From positions 11,215-75,214 of the forward strand of contig CAZUQM010000008.1 of assembly GCA_964622545.1 (NCBI GenBank): 64,000 nucleotides of DNA, given 5' to 3'. The translations under genes and the position numbers were made by a program. This stretch comes from an uncultured Planctomycetales bacterium (GTDB lineage: Bacteria; Planctomycetota; Phycisphaerae; UBA1845; JAFGLZ01). The stretch's first letter is position 1; each line of letters starts with the position of its first letter. Of the stretch, positions 1 to 9,617 are shown one piece after another. The notes beneath the pieces were generated by a model, which saw nothing but the letters and a program-made list of their open reading frames with translations, ran no database searches and was not told the origin of the DNA.

Positions 1-2
1 TC

Positions 3-581
3 ATGCGCGACTTCAAGACCGACGCCTCGCCCCAGCCCGGCTGGACGGCCGACTGGCGCGTCAAGGATCTGCAAGGGTTCCTTCCGAAGGACGCCGAGGT
101 CCACGTGCGGTTGACGGAGCTGACGCCCGACGCTTCGGCCTCCGTGTGCGAGGGCTGGATCGTCGCGGGCATCTACAACTCCAGGACCGAGCTCTGGGTG
201 CCGCGGGTCCTGGTGCGGCGGCAATCCGACGCCGACGGGCTGGCCTCGACGTTCGTCTCGGTCATCGAGCCGTACGAGAAGACGTCGAAGATCGCCGCGA
301 TTCGCAGGCTGCGGCTGCAAACCGAGGACGGACACGCCTTCGATGACAACCACGTGGCCGTCGAGGTGCGCCTCGCCGACGGCCGACGCGACGTGCTGGT
401 GGCCATGGACGTGGAGAACGCGGCCGGCACGTCGCCCCAATGGACGCCCGAGACCGTGGTCGTGCTGCCGGAGGCAAAGCTGCGGTGTCAGGGTGAGCTG
501 GTCCTGGCGCGGTTCGGTCAGGACGGCACACTGAAGATGACCGCGCCGTCGAAGGCGAAGGCGGAGCGAGGCGGGCGCTAG
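3..581 (+). CDS. C-terminal part of a large protein (gene starts before the window), probably heparinase II/III-like beta-sandwich
   Basis: Open frame from the window edge with GC3-biased codons; STFVSVIEPY...AVEVRLADGRRD resembles heparinase II/III-type C-termini. Confidence 0.55.
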   Translation: MRDFKTDASPQPGWTADWRVKDLQGFLPKDAEVHVRLTELTPDASASVCEGWIVAGIYNSRTELWVPRVLVRRQSDADGLASTFVSVIEPYEKTSKIAAIRRLRLQTEDGHAFDDNHVAVEVRLADGRRDVLVAMDVENAAGTSPQWTPETVVVLPEAKLRCQGELVLARFGQDGTLKMTAPSKAKAERGGR

Positions 582-693
582 CCGGCATGGGTCGTGGTTG
601 GTTTTGGCCCGAACGGCCGTTGACCCCACGTGGTCGACGACGGGGTGTTTGCTCAGCATACGGCCGTGGGCGTGTCAGGCGGGACGCGATGCG

Positions 694-1185
694 ATGACCG
701 ACGAAGCCACAATCCGACCGATCCACCAGGACGACTGGCCGGCGGTCAAGGCCATCGTCGAGCAGATCTGGGACATCGGCCTGACGTACTGGCGCGAACA
801 GATGTACGGCGGGCAGATCGGCGGCCGGCCGTGGCAGCACTACAAGACGGCCGAGGTCTACGCCGAACTGTTCGCCCCCTCGGCCAACAGCTACGTGACC
901 GAGGTCGACGGCGAGGTGATCGGGTTCTGTTGCATGCTGCTGGATGCCAAGACCGGCATCGGCGAGGTCGGCCACAACGGCGTGCACCCGGACTTCCGCG
1001 GCCAGGGGTACGGCTCGAGGCAGCTGCGTTTCGTGCTCGATGAGATGCGTCGGCGGGGCATGTCGATCGCCGAGGTCCAGACGGCGACCAATGAGGGGCA
1101 TGCGCCGGCGCGAAGGATGTACGAGGGCGCGGGCCTCCAGCCGATCATCGGGTTCCAACGGTATTGGATGCGGTTGGGGGAGTGA
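694..1185 (+). CDS. GNAT family N-acetyltransferase
   Basis: Acetyl-CoA motif A VHPDFRGQGYG and NxxAxxxYE motif; ATG at 694 (MTDEATIRP). Confidence 0.9.
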   Translation: MTDEATIRPIHQDDWPAVKAIVEQIWDIGLTYWREQMYGGQIGGRPWQHYKTAEVYAELFAPSANSYVTEVDGEVIGFCCMLLDAKTGIGEVGHNGVHPDFRGQGYGSRQLRFVLDEMRRRGMSIAEVQTATNEGHAPARRMYEGAGLQPIIGFQRYWMRLGE

Positions 1186-1239
1186 GTGCGGAACGGATGA
1201 CCATGGGCGGGGCGCGGCAGTGGAGGTTGTGATCATCGG

Positions 1240-1578
1240 GTTGGCTCTCGATGAACTGTGCACAGCTCGCACGGAATCCTTGCCCTCGGCAAGTCGATCT
1301 TGCACAGCGTCTGTGGAGAAGCGAGCGCCGGGCAGGTAGTCCGCCTGTTGTCTTTCATCGAAGTGGATTTGAAAGAACCTGCCCCATCTCCGGTCCAACA
1401 GGTTCGTCGTGATGAAGGCCGTCTGGAATTCGGCCTTAACCCCAGCTTGGCGAGCGAACCGCTTGCCGTGGCGCAAAGAGCAACGCGTTGACGGCATACA
1501 ATCAGGCGTAGTACACCCGGTTCATGGCGAAAAGCGCTCTTTCGGCTGCTAGGTCAGCTTCAGCGGGGAGGTCGTCCC
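1240..1578 (-). pseudogene. Degenerate HEPN-domain (UPF0332-type) gene
   Basis: Minus strand reads AMNRVYYA*LYAVNALL, then after a +1 frameshift near 1475 RHGKRFARQAGVKAEFQTAFITTNLLDRRWGRFFQIHFDERQQADY; in-frame TGA at 1502-1504. Confidence 0.75.
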
Positions 1579-1580
1579 GT

Positions 1581-1631
1581 AAGTGGAAAGAGAAGCGGCG
1601 GCCAAGTCCCGCCGGACCGACCGCCGCTTCT
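1581..1631 (-). terminator. Probable intrinsic terminator of the Gfo/Idh/MocA gene
   Basis: AGAAGCGGCGG (1591-1601) / CCGCCGCTTCT (1621-1631) inverted repeat followed on the minus strand by CTTTCCACTT. Confidence 0.6.
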
Positions 1632-1656
1632 GGGTTTCGCCGAGTTGGCCTGGGAC

Positions 1657-2823
1657 CTAGCAGGTCTTGAGCATCTCTTCGTAGGTCACGACGCGGCCGT
1701 TCTCGTCGACCGACTTACGCAGCATCAGGCCGAAGTGCGACGCCAGCCGGCCGTACTCGGGGCTCGCCAGCGGCTGCTTGCCCGTCTTGATGCACTGGAC
1801 AAAGGTGTTGAAGGCGGCCTGGGTGTCGTTGACGCCCCTGGGCAGGTCGGCCTTCATCGTGAGGTCCTCCCGGGCGCCTCGCATCCGGATCGACTTGCCC
1901 AAGATGTTGACGGCGCCTTTGCTGCCGATGAACTTGAGTTCCATGCCAGTGTAGCCGGGGGGGCTGTGCCAGTCGTGGCTGTAGTTGACGATGACGTTGT
2001 TGGGGTACTCGAGGACGGCCGAGTAGAAGTCGGTGACGTTCCGGCCCGGGTCCTTCTGCGTCCAGATGTCGCGCCGGCCGATCGCGAACGCGCGGAGCGG
2101 ATGGCCCTTGGTGATCCAGTTGATCACGTTGAACTCGTGGCAGGCCTGCTCGAGCATCCAGTCGCCGCAGGTCTTGCGGTGGCTGAACCAGCCCATGAGC
2201 GGGTTGGCGCCGTTGTGACGCGCGACGCGGGCTTCGACGATGGGACCGATCTCGCCTTTCTGGACGCGCTCGACGGCCTCGATGTACGAGGGGTGGTACA
2301 TCCACTGGTAGCCCAGCGTGACGATCAGCTTGGGGTTGGCCTTGGAGGCGGCCACGCACTCGTCCAGCTCCTTGACGGTGATGCCCAGGGGCTTTTCGGC
2401 ATAGAGGTGCTTGCCGGCGGCCAAGGTGTCCAGGAACATCGGGGCGTGCCAGTTGCACGGGGTCGCCTGCGTGATGAAGGTGAGGTCCTTGAGATCGAGC
2501 ATCTTCTTGTAGTAGGTCGGTCCGCCCTTGAAGATCTGAGGCTTGCGGAAGGGCTTCCTCTTGGCCTTGCAGGTCTTCTCCATGTATTCGAGCGTCTTGT
2601 CGATGCTCTCTTGGCTGATGTCGCAGATGGCGGCGACCTCGACCTCGTCGATGTTCAGGAGCGAGCGGATGTGCGCGCCGCGTCCGCGTCCACCCACGCC
2701 GATCACGCCGACCTTCATCTTGTCACCGCTTGCGGCACGAGCCAGTCTCGGGGCGCTCATCGTCGCGGCCACACCGGCGGCACTCGCCTTGAGCGCGGTG
2801 CGTCGAGTCATTTCACTTGCCAT
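1657..2823 (-). CDS. Tat-exported Gfo/Idh/MocA family oxidoreductase
   Basis: MTRRTALK twin-arginine leader, GVIGVGGRG Rossmann motif, AGKHLYAEKP, EQACHEFN. Confidence 0.92.
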   Translation of the reverse strand: MASEMTRRTALKASAAGVAATMSAPRLARAASGDKMKVGVIGVGGRGRGAHIRSLLNIDEVEVAAICDISQESIDKTLEYMEKTCKAKRKPFRKPQIFKGGPTYYKKMLDLKDLTFITQATPCNWHAPMFLDTLAAGKHLYAEKPLGITVKELDECVAASKANPKLIVTLGYQWMYHPSYIEAVERVQKGEIGPIVEARVARHNGANPLMGWFSHRKTCGDWMLEQACHEFNVINWITKGHPLRAFAIGRRDIWTQKDPGRNVTDFYSAVLEYPNNVIVNYSHDWHSPPGYTGMELKFIGSKGAVNILGKSIRMRGAREDLTMKADLPRGVNDTQAAFNTFVQCIKTGKQPLASPEYGRLASHFGLMLRKSVDENGRVVTYEEMLKTC

Positions 2824-2921
2824 GATGGTGTCTCCAGTTGAATCCCTCGAACGTCGGGGTGACGCGGCCGGTCGACCGCCGACCTGCCGGAACGATGAGT
2901 GTATCACGAACGCCGCGGGGA

Positions 2922-5759
2922 TCAATCGAAGGACCGACGCGTTGTGGGCCCGCCTTCAACCGATGTCGTCACGTCGACGCCGGGCGGCGCGAACCTCTCG
3001 CGGACCGTGGTGGTGACACCGCCTTCTTCCAGGCGGACGGCCGACTCGCCCGGGCTTGTCTCGACGCGCTGGAGCCGGACGTGTGGCTGCTCGCCACGAT
3101 ACGGTACGAGCACCGTCCAGAAGTGGACCTCGGGCGCATCGGGAGCGAGCTTGTCGGCCAGGCCGAAGTAGGGAATGGTGATCCAGCCCGGATCGCCCTT
3201 GCCGGGGTAGCCCGGCCCCTGCCATTCGTTCCGGCGGAAGCCTCCGCAGAGCCCCTGCTTGATCTCGATCGGCTCGGCGCCGATCCGCGGCGAAACGATC
3301 AGCAGACGGTGGTTGCCGTTGGCGAACGTGAGCCGACCGGGCTGCTGCGAGGCGAGCTTGCCGTAGACGTGGAGCAGCCACGTCAGGTCGTGCGTCGTTT
3401 CGAGGGCCGGGGCTCGGATCGTGTCATGGATCAGCACGTAGCCGCCGCGCGGGTGGTAGACCGTTCGGCGGTGAGTCACACGGTGGACGGGGCCGCGGAC
3501 GGCGTGCCATGCGGCCTGTCGGACACCGAGGCCGACGTAGCCCAGGCGTCGACCGTCCAGCGCCACGAAGACCGAGTCATGACTGGTGTCCTTGCCGATG
3601 CCGAGCAGGGACAGCTCGAACGTGCCCACCTTTTTCGGCATCGCGACGGCGACCCTTGCGTTTGTGGACTCCATAAGGACGGCCTTGCCGCCGGGCGCGT
3701 TGCCGTCTTCGACGAGCCTCCCGCCGGTCACCTCGAAGGATGAAGCGCCGAGGGTCAGGGCCTCCCCACCGCCAACGGGCTCGAGGCGAACCGCGCCGAT
3801 GCGCAGCGGCGTGAGCTCACGCGGCGTCATGGTCAACTCATGCGGCTTGCCGTCCAGCACGAGTCGGACCGGTCCCCGCCAGGTATACCCGTCCCGATGT
3901 TCGGCCGAGACGAGGTCGCAGCCCTTGCCGGTGTGCCACAAGACCAACTTGCCGGTGCAGCGTGCCTGGCTCTTGCCGTCGACCATCACGGTGTTATGAG
4001 CGACGGTCTGCTTATGCCAGGTCCATTGCTCGGGGAAGAGGCAGTAGTGCGGCGAGCAACCCGCGTCGGGTATCCAGTGATGACCGTCGGCGTGGAGAAT
4101 GAACGAGAGCTTGTCCAGGTGGCCATGGCCGCCGCCGTGCGGTCCGTAGTCGAGGAAGAAGAACAGGTCGTCGGACGCCCAGCCGTCGCGGAAGATCGCC
4201 TGACCGGCGTGCGGCATGACCAGCGAGGTATAGCTCGGCGGCCCGACCGGCGTGGCGAGCGGCCGCTTGGCGAACCCCGGCGGCCATCGCGGCTCGGCCC
4301 GCCAGGCGTCGAGGAAGTCGCCGCGGCCCATCATGGTTGCCGCGCCCACGAACCGCGGGTAGGCCGTGCGAATCGGCAGGTCGTGCCCGTACGAGTCGTT
4401 GATGGACGGGTATTCCCCGTCGGGGTTGGCCGTCTTGACCAGGGCCTCGAACGTGTCGGACAGGCGCAGGCCAGAAAACCGCTTGTCCCAGATCGGGTCG
4501 CCGAGCAGGTGCTTGGCCGTGGCGACCTTGCAGATGCCGGTCAAGACATAGCCGTGATGGGCGGGCGAGCATTCCCACCACGTGCCGTCGCGCAGGAAGA
4601 AGACCTCCTTGAACATGCCGGGGAGCTTCGCGTCACATTCGGACATCCAGACGTCGGTCTCGGGCAGGCCGCGGAGGTAGGCGGCCGCCATCGCCAGCGC
4701 GCCGAACGAGTTCGGCACCCAGTTCGGGATCTGGCCACGGCGGCTGACCTGATCCGGCATGGGCGTAAACTCCCGGATGCTGTGGGTCTGATAGTCGCCC
4801 AGATCGAGGCCGAAGTAGAGGAACCGGAGCCGCTCCTGCCTTGTCAGCGCATCGGCGATCCGGTCGTAGGCCTCGAAGGCATTGGTCAGCATGTAGCCGG
4901 GCTCTTGGAACGTGACGGCCTGCCACTCGCGGCCGACGAAGCGGAATCCCTGGTGCCGGTCGTAGTGGTCGATGCAGGTCCGCAGCACCTCCCAGGCCTT
5001 GCGGGCGAGGTCGCGGCGTCCGGTCGCCAGGTAGGCTTTGGCGCAGTCGGCCAGCAGGTCACGCCGGCGGGAGGCCAACTCGTTGACGCGCTTGCCCTCG
5101 GGGCGGCCGGTGTAGAGCTTCCTCGGGATCGGCTCCCACGTCGGGATCGGCTCGTGGAGCAGTCTCGCGGTCGCGGCGTCGGCTTGGCCGACCGGGCTGG
5201 CGTCTTTGCGAGGCTCGGCGAACTGGCACGGCGTGGATCGGGTCAGAAACCGCTCGATGCGTCCGGGCAGCTTCGCGGGGTCGTAGACCTCCAGGGCCCG
5301 AAGGCCGCAACGGCTGTCGGGGTCCGCGCAGGCTCGCACGACGATGCGCAGCCCGGACGTAACCACGGGGGCGCGCTGATGCAGGACGATCTTGTCGCGG
5401 GTGATGGTGTTGCCGGCGACCTCGGCGAAGCGGCGCCAGCCGGCGCCGTGGAGGACCTCGATGCCATAGTCACTGGGGACCCACGCCCACCGGCACGCGA
5501 TCACGCCGATCCGCACCGGTTTGGGCCAACGCAGCTCGAGCGCGGTCGGAAAGGCGTCCACCCCCTCGGACCAGGCAAGGTGCCGCTCGCCCGCGACATC
5601 GAGCAAGGTCGCTCTGGCTTGGTCCAGGTCGATCGCCCCGCCCCTGCTGTCGGCCGGCTGGAGGATCGCGGCCGTGCCGACGAGATTGGCCTGGCCGGCC
5701 TGGGTCGGGACGCTAAGCAGGCACAGGGCCGCCGTCGCGCAAAGGTGGATACCACTCAC
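2922..5759 (-). CDS. Secreted heparinase II/III-family polysaccharide lyase with N-terminal F5/8C (discoidin)-like domain
   Basis: SD AGGAGA then GTG at 5759; signal peptide ending TQA; DGTWWECSPAHH, GGHGHLDKLSF and AHNTVMVDG heparinase II/III motifs. Confidence 0.8.
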   Translation of the reverse strand: MSGIHLCATAALCLLSVPTQAGQANLVGTAAILQPADSRGGAIDLDQARATLLDVAGERHLAWSEGVDAFPTALELRWPKPVRIGVIACRWAWVPSDYGIEVLHGAGWRRFAEVAGNTITRDKIVLHQRAPVVTSGLRIVVRACADPDSRCGLRALEVYDPAKLPGRIERFLTRSTPCQFAEPRKDASPVGQADAATARLLHEPIPTWEPIPRKLYTGRPEGKRVNELASRRRDLLADCAKAYLATGRRDLARKAWEVLRTCIDHYDRHQGFRFVGREWQAVTFQEPGYMLTNAFEAYDRIADALTRQERLRFLYFGLDLGDYQTHSIREFTPMPDQVSRRGQIPNWVPNSFGALAMAAAYLRGLPETDVWMSECDAKLPGMFKEVFFLRDGTWWECSPAHHGYVLTGICKVATAKHLLGDPIWDKRFSGLRLSDTFEALVKTANPDGEYPSINDSYGHDLPIRTAYPRFVGAATMMGRGDFLDAWRAEPRWPPGFAKRPLATPVGPPSYTSLVMPHAGQAIFRDGWASDDLFFFLDYGPHGGGHGHLDKLSFILHADGHHWIPDAGCSPHYCLFPEQWTWHKQTVAHNTVMVDGKSQARCTGKLVLWHTGKGCDLVSAEHRDGYTWRGPVRLVLDGKPHELTMTPRELTPLRIGAVRLEPVGGGEALTLGASSFEVTGGRLVEDGNAPGGKAVLMESTNARVAVAMPKKVGTFELSLLGIGKDTSHDSVFVALDGRRLGYVGLGVRQAAWHAVRGPVHRVTHRRTVYHPRGGYVLIHDTIRAPALETTHDLTWLLHVYGKLASQQPGRLTFANGNHRLLIVSPRIGAEPIEIKQGLCGGFRRNEWQGPGYPGKGDPGWITIPYFGLADKLAPDAPEVHFWTVLVPYRGEQPHVRLQRVETSPGESAVRLEEGGVTTTVRERFAPPGVDVTTSVEGGPTTRRSFD

Positions 5760-6081
5760 AGAGAAATCTCCTAAACCGGTGCGGGCACGACCTTGCACCA
5801 TACCCGAGCCGGAGGGCCGTCCGCCAGTCGGACCCAGGGCGGGTGTGGGGCGACATGGGCCGATAACGACCGCTTTGCGGCGACTGTCGCGGCGGATAGG
5901 TCTCATCGGCCCGGCTCTTTGTCGCCTTTCGTCGGCGCACGCGCGGGATCCTCGGGAAGACCCCTATGCCACACGGCGCCATCCCTGCCGATAACGCCCG
6001 ACCGAACGTCCCAGAACTAGCTTAAGCCGCCCTGCTTACCGGTCGATACGCGTGAGGGAACAGCGGGCCAGGTAGGCTGTG

Positions 6082-6978
6082 ATGATGACCACCCTCACGG
6101 CAACGACAGCGACCACGACCGAGACGGCAACCACGACGGCTCCCGTCTTGCTGTCGGTGATCATACCGGCCTACAACGAGAGCAGGCGCGTGGGGCAATC
6201 GCTCCAGCGGATCATCGAGCACCTCTCCCAGCAGCCCTACCGTTGTGAGGTCCTTCTCGTAGACGACGGCAGCAAGGACGGGACGGTCGATGTGTGCGTC
6301 GAGGCCTGGGAGGCCTTGTCGCGGCGCGCCGAGGGCGTCGAGTTCCGTTTGTTGAGAAACGATCAGAACCGCGGCAAGGGCTTCAGCGTACGGCAAGGCA
6401 TGCTCATGTCCCGCGGCGAGTGGGTCCTGTTCACCGACGCCGACCTCTCGAGCCCGATCGACCAGCTCGACCGGCTCTTCGCGGCAGCTCGCGAGGAAGG
6501 CGCGGACATCGCCATCGGGTCGCGGAGCGCCGAGAACGCCGAGGTCGACCCGCCCTCGTTCAAGCGGCGGTTGATGAGCGTGGCCTTTTCGCAGGTCGTC
6601 CGGGTGCTGGGTCTGGCGGGCTATACCGACACCCAATGCGGCTTCAAGCTGTACCGGCGAGCGGCCGCCCAGGCCATTGCGTCGCTGCAAAGGACGGCCC
6701 GTTGGAGCTTCGACGTCGAGCACCTGCTCGTGGCCGATCGACTCGGCTATCAGGTGGTCGAGGTCGGCGTGCGTTGGCAGCACCGCGACGGCAGCAAGGT
6801 CCAGCCGATCCGTGCCGCCCTCGGGGCGGTCTGGGATCTCGTTCGGATGCGTTGGGCGCATCGTCGGCTCGGCAAGGTCCACCGTCCCGTCGAGTACGGC
6901 ATGACCCCCTCCTACGTCCGGATCGGCAACCGCGTCTACCAGACCAGCCGGTCGTGGTGGAGCCAGATGGTCACCTGA
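6082..6978 (+). CDS. GT2 polyprenol-phosphate glycosyltransferase (dolichyl-phosphate beta-glucosyltransferase-like)
   Basis: SVIIPAYNE, VDDGSKDGT, NRGKGFSVRQG, FTDADLS, DTQCGFKL, WSFDVE. Confidence 0.9.
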   Translation: MMTTLTATTATTTETATTTAPVLLSVIIPAYNESRRVGQSLQRIIEHLSQQPYRCEVLLVDDGSKDGTVDVCVEAWEALSRRAEGVEFRLLRNDQNRGKGFSVRQGMLMSRGEWVLFTDADLSSPIDQLDRLFAAAREEGADIAIGSRSAENAEVDPPSFKRRLMSVAFSQVVRVLGLAGYTDTQCGFKLYRRAAAQAIASLQRTARWSFDVEHLLVADRLGYQVVEVGVRWQHRDGSKVQPIRAALGAVWDLVRMRWAHRRLGKVHRPVEYGMTPSYVRIGNRVYQTSRSWWSQMVT

Positions 6979-7086
6979 TGCATCCCTTCGACGTCAGGGA
7001 AGAGCCCTACCCCTCCGCTATTCGTTGCGCTTCATATGCTTTTTCCTCTTGTCAACGCCTCGGGAACGGCCACAATCTCTGGCACG

Positions 7087-8310
7087 ATGGACCCCTTGCG
7101 AAAGGCTAAATCCTACCGAGCGGCGCTGCAGATCATTCGGCGCCTTCGGGAACAGGGCCACGTCGCCCTGCTGGCCGGCGGTTGCGTGCGCGACATGCTG
7201 CTCAAGCGATCGCCCCAGGACTACGACGTCGCCACCGATGCCGTGCCCGACCGCGTCTGCTCGCTGTTTCGTCGGACGCGCCGCGTCGGCGCGCAGTTCG
7301 GCGTCGTGCTCGTCCGCCAGGTGGGTGTATGGATCGAGGTGGCGACCTTCCGATCGGACAGCCACTACGAGGACGGCCGCCACCCCGTGACGGTGACGTT
7401 CTCCGACCCGGAGCAGGACGCCAAGCGTCGCGACTTCACGATCAACGGTATGTTCCTCGACCCGATCACGGACGAGGTCATCGACTACGTGGACGGCCTG
7501 TCCGACCTTCGCCAGGGTGTCGTCCGCACCATCGGTGAGCCGCGGGACCGGTTCGCGGAGGACCATCTGCGGCTCATCCGGGCCGTGCGGTTCGCGCAGC
7601 GCTTGCAGTATCAGATCGAGCCGGACACCTTCGAAGCCATCAAGGAGCATGCCCCCAAGCTACAATTCGTCAGCCCCGAGCGGATTCGTGAGGAGCTGGA
7701 GCGAATCCTGGCCGACCTGCACCGCGCCGACGCCGTCCGGCAATTGGCCGAGACCGGGCTCATCCAACACCTGTGGACCGGTGCCGATTGGAGCGAGGAA
7801 CGCGTGACGCTGGCCGTCGACGCCCTCGGCGCGCTGCCCGACCACCCCGCGCCGGCGACTTGCCTGGCCGGGCTGCTCTTGCCGTGGGACACCGGTGAGG
7901 TCGGTCGGATCTGTCGTGCCCTGAGGTGCAGCAACAGTCTTCGCAGCCAGGTGACGTGGCTGTGCGGTCATTTGCCGGACGTCACCGCCGAGCGGGAGCC
8001 GACGCTGGCGGACCTGAAGCTGCTGATGCACAACCCCCTGTTTCCGGAGCTGCTCGCGCTCGGCCGTGCGATCTTGACCGCGAGGGGGCAGTCGACCGAG
8101 CCCGTGGAGCGACTTGCCGCGCGGGCCAAGACGGTGCCGGAAGATCAGATCCACCCCGATCCGTTCGTGCGCGGCGAGGACCTGATCGCGCTCGGACTCA
8201 AGCCGGGTCCGGTGTTCAAGGACCTGCTCGATCGCGCGTACCGGGCCCAACTGGAGGGGGAGATCCGCACACGCTCCGACGCCCTGGCATGGCTGCGGTG
8301 CCAGGTCTAG
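7087..8310 (+). CDS. cca: CCA tRNA nucleotidyltransferase / poly(A) polymerase family
   Basis: AGGCVRD, DYDVAT, EVATFR, DAKRRDFTINGM, EDHLRLIRAVRF, SPERIREEL. Confidence 0.9.
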   Translation: MDPLRKAKSYRAALQIIRRLREQGHVALLAGGCVRDMLLKRSPQDYDVATDAVPDRVCSLFRRTRRVGAQFGVVLVRQVGVWIEVATFRSDSHYEDGRHPVTVTFSDPEQDAKRRDFTINGMFLDPITDEVIDYVDGLSDLRQGVVRTIGEPRDRFAEDHLRLIRAVRFAQRLQYQIEPDTFEAIKEHAPKLQFVSPERIREELERILADLHRADAVRQLAETGLIQHLWTGADWSEERVTLAVDALGALPDHPAPATCLAGLLLPWDTGEVGRICRALRCSNSLRSQVTWLCGHLPDVTAEREPTLADLKLLMHNPLFPELLALGRAILTARGQSTEPVERLAARAKTVPEDQIHPDPFVRGEDLIALGLKPGPVFKDLLDRAYRAQLEGEIRTRSDALAWLRCQV

Positions 8311-9617
8311 TCGTCGTGCTCCGGGGGCGTCTTGTCGTCGGGTAGGTCCACGTCAGGTAGCTCGAACATGCGCCGCAATACGTCGACATACACGCCGGCC
8401 GTGCCGTCGGCGGCCTGCTCGCGGATCGTGCGGCTCGGACCGTGCAGGAGTTTACCGACGATGCGGTGCAGCATCTGATCCAGGATCTGGCGGTCGCGCT
8501 GCGTATCGCCCGACAGCTTCGGTCGGGCCCACGCCGCCTCGGCGTCGAGGATCTCCTGCAGCCGCCGCCGGTAGGCGCTGAGAACCGGACCGACCGCGCG
8601 CGAATCGCGCCACGCGATGTACTCGTCCACGTGTTCGCTGATGATGCGGTCGACGTCGACGGCCTCCTGGCGGCGGTCCTCGACGCTGGCGTTGATCACC
8701 GACTGGACATCGTCGATGTTGTAGAGGTAGACGTTGTCGAAGTCGCCGACGGCCGGGTCGATGTCACGGGGCACGGCGATGTCGATGAGCAGCAAGGGAC
8801 GATAGCCGCGGCGGTTCTGGACACGAGAGACGGCCTCGCTCCGCAGGACCGGCTCGGTCGATCCGGTGCTCGCGATGACGAGGTCGGCCGCGGCGAGCGC
8901 CTCCTCGAGGCCATCGAAGCCGAGGGCTTCGGCGCCATAGAGCTGGGCGACGCTCTCGGCCCGGCTGCGCGTTCGGTTCACGACGATCGTCTGTGCCGGC
9001 TGCGTCTCGAGGACGTGGCGGAGCGTGAGCTTGCCCATCTCGCCGGCGCCGATCAGGACGACGGTCTTGTCCGCGAAGCTGGCGAAGATCTGCTGGGCGA
9101 AGCGGACGGCCACGCTGCCGACGCTGACCTGGCCCTCTGAGATCTGCGTCTCGGTGTGGACCTCCTTGGCCACGTGCAGGGCCCACTGGAAGACGGTGGT
9201 CAGGCCCTTGCCGGCGGCGCCATGCTCCTGGGCGCGCGCCAGGGCGTGCTTGACCTGACCGACGATCTGCGTCTCGCCGACGACCATCGAGTCGAGGGAG
9301 GAAGCCACGCGGAAGAGGTGCGCCACGGCCTGCCTGCGGTCGTGGATGTAGAGATGCGGCTCGATCTCGGCCGGGGTCATGCCGGTGCGCTCGGCCATGA
9401 AGCGGACGAGATCTTCGCGCCGCGGTCGGGCGTGTGTCGGCCGGGCGACGTAGATCTCGCTGCGGTTGCAGGTCGAGAGCACGACGACCTCGGCGCCCTC
9501 GAAGCGTCGGCGCAGCTCGTCCATGACGCTGCGGGCCTCGGTGTCCTCGAAGGTGAGGCGCTCGCGCAGCTCCAAGGGAGCGGTCTTGTGATTGCAGCCG
9601 ACGACGATGGGTCTCAT
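8307..9617 (-). CDS. hemA: Glutamyl-tRNA reductase
   Basis: GCNHKTAP, STCNRSEIY, SLDSMVVGETQI, GAGEMG, DIAVPRDID; ATG at 9617 overlaps the upstream stop. Confidence 0.96.
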   Translation of the reverse strand: MRPIVVGCNHKTAPLELRERLTFEDTEARSVMDELRRRFEGAEVVVLSTCNRSEIYVARPTHARPRREDLVRFMAERTGMTPAEIEPHLYIHDRRQAVAHLFRVASSLDSMVVGETQIVGQVKHALARAQEHGAAGKGLTTVFQWALHVAKEVHTETQISEGQVSVGSVAVRFAQQIFASFADKTVVLIGAGEMGKLTLRHVLETQPAQTIVVNRTRSRAESVAQLYGAEALGFDGLEEALAAADLVIASTGSTEPVLRSEAVSRVQNRRGYRPLLLIDIAVPRDIDPAVGDFDNVYLYNIDDVQSVINASVEDRRQEAVDVDRIISEHVDEYIAWRDSRAVGPVLSAYRRRLQEILDAEAAWARPKLSGDTQRDRQILDQMLHRIVGKLLHGPSRTIREQAADGTAGVYVDVLRRMFELPDVDLPDDKTPPEHDD

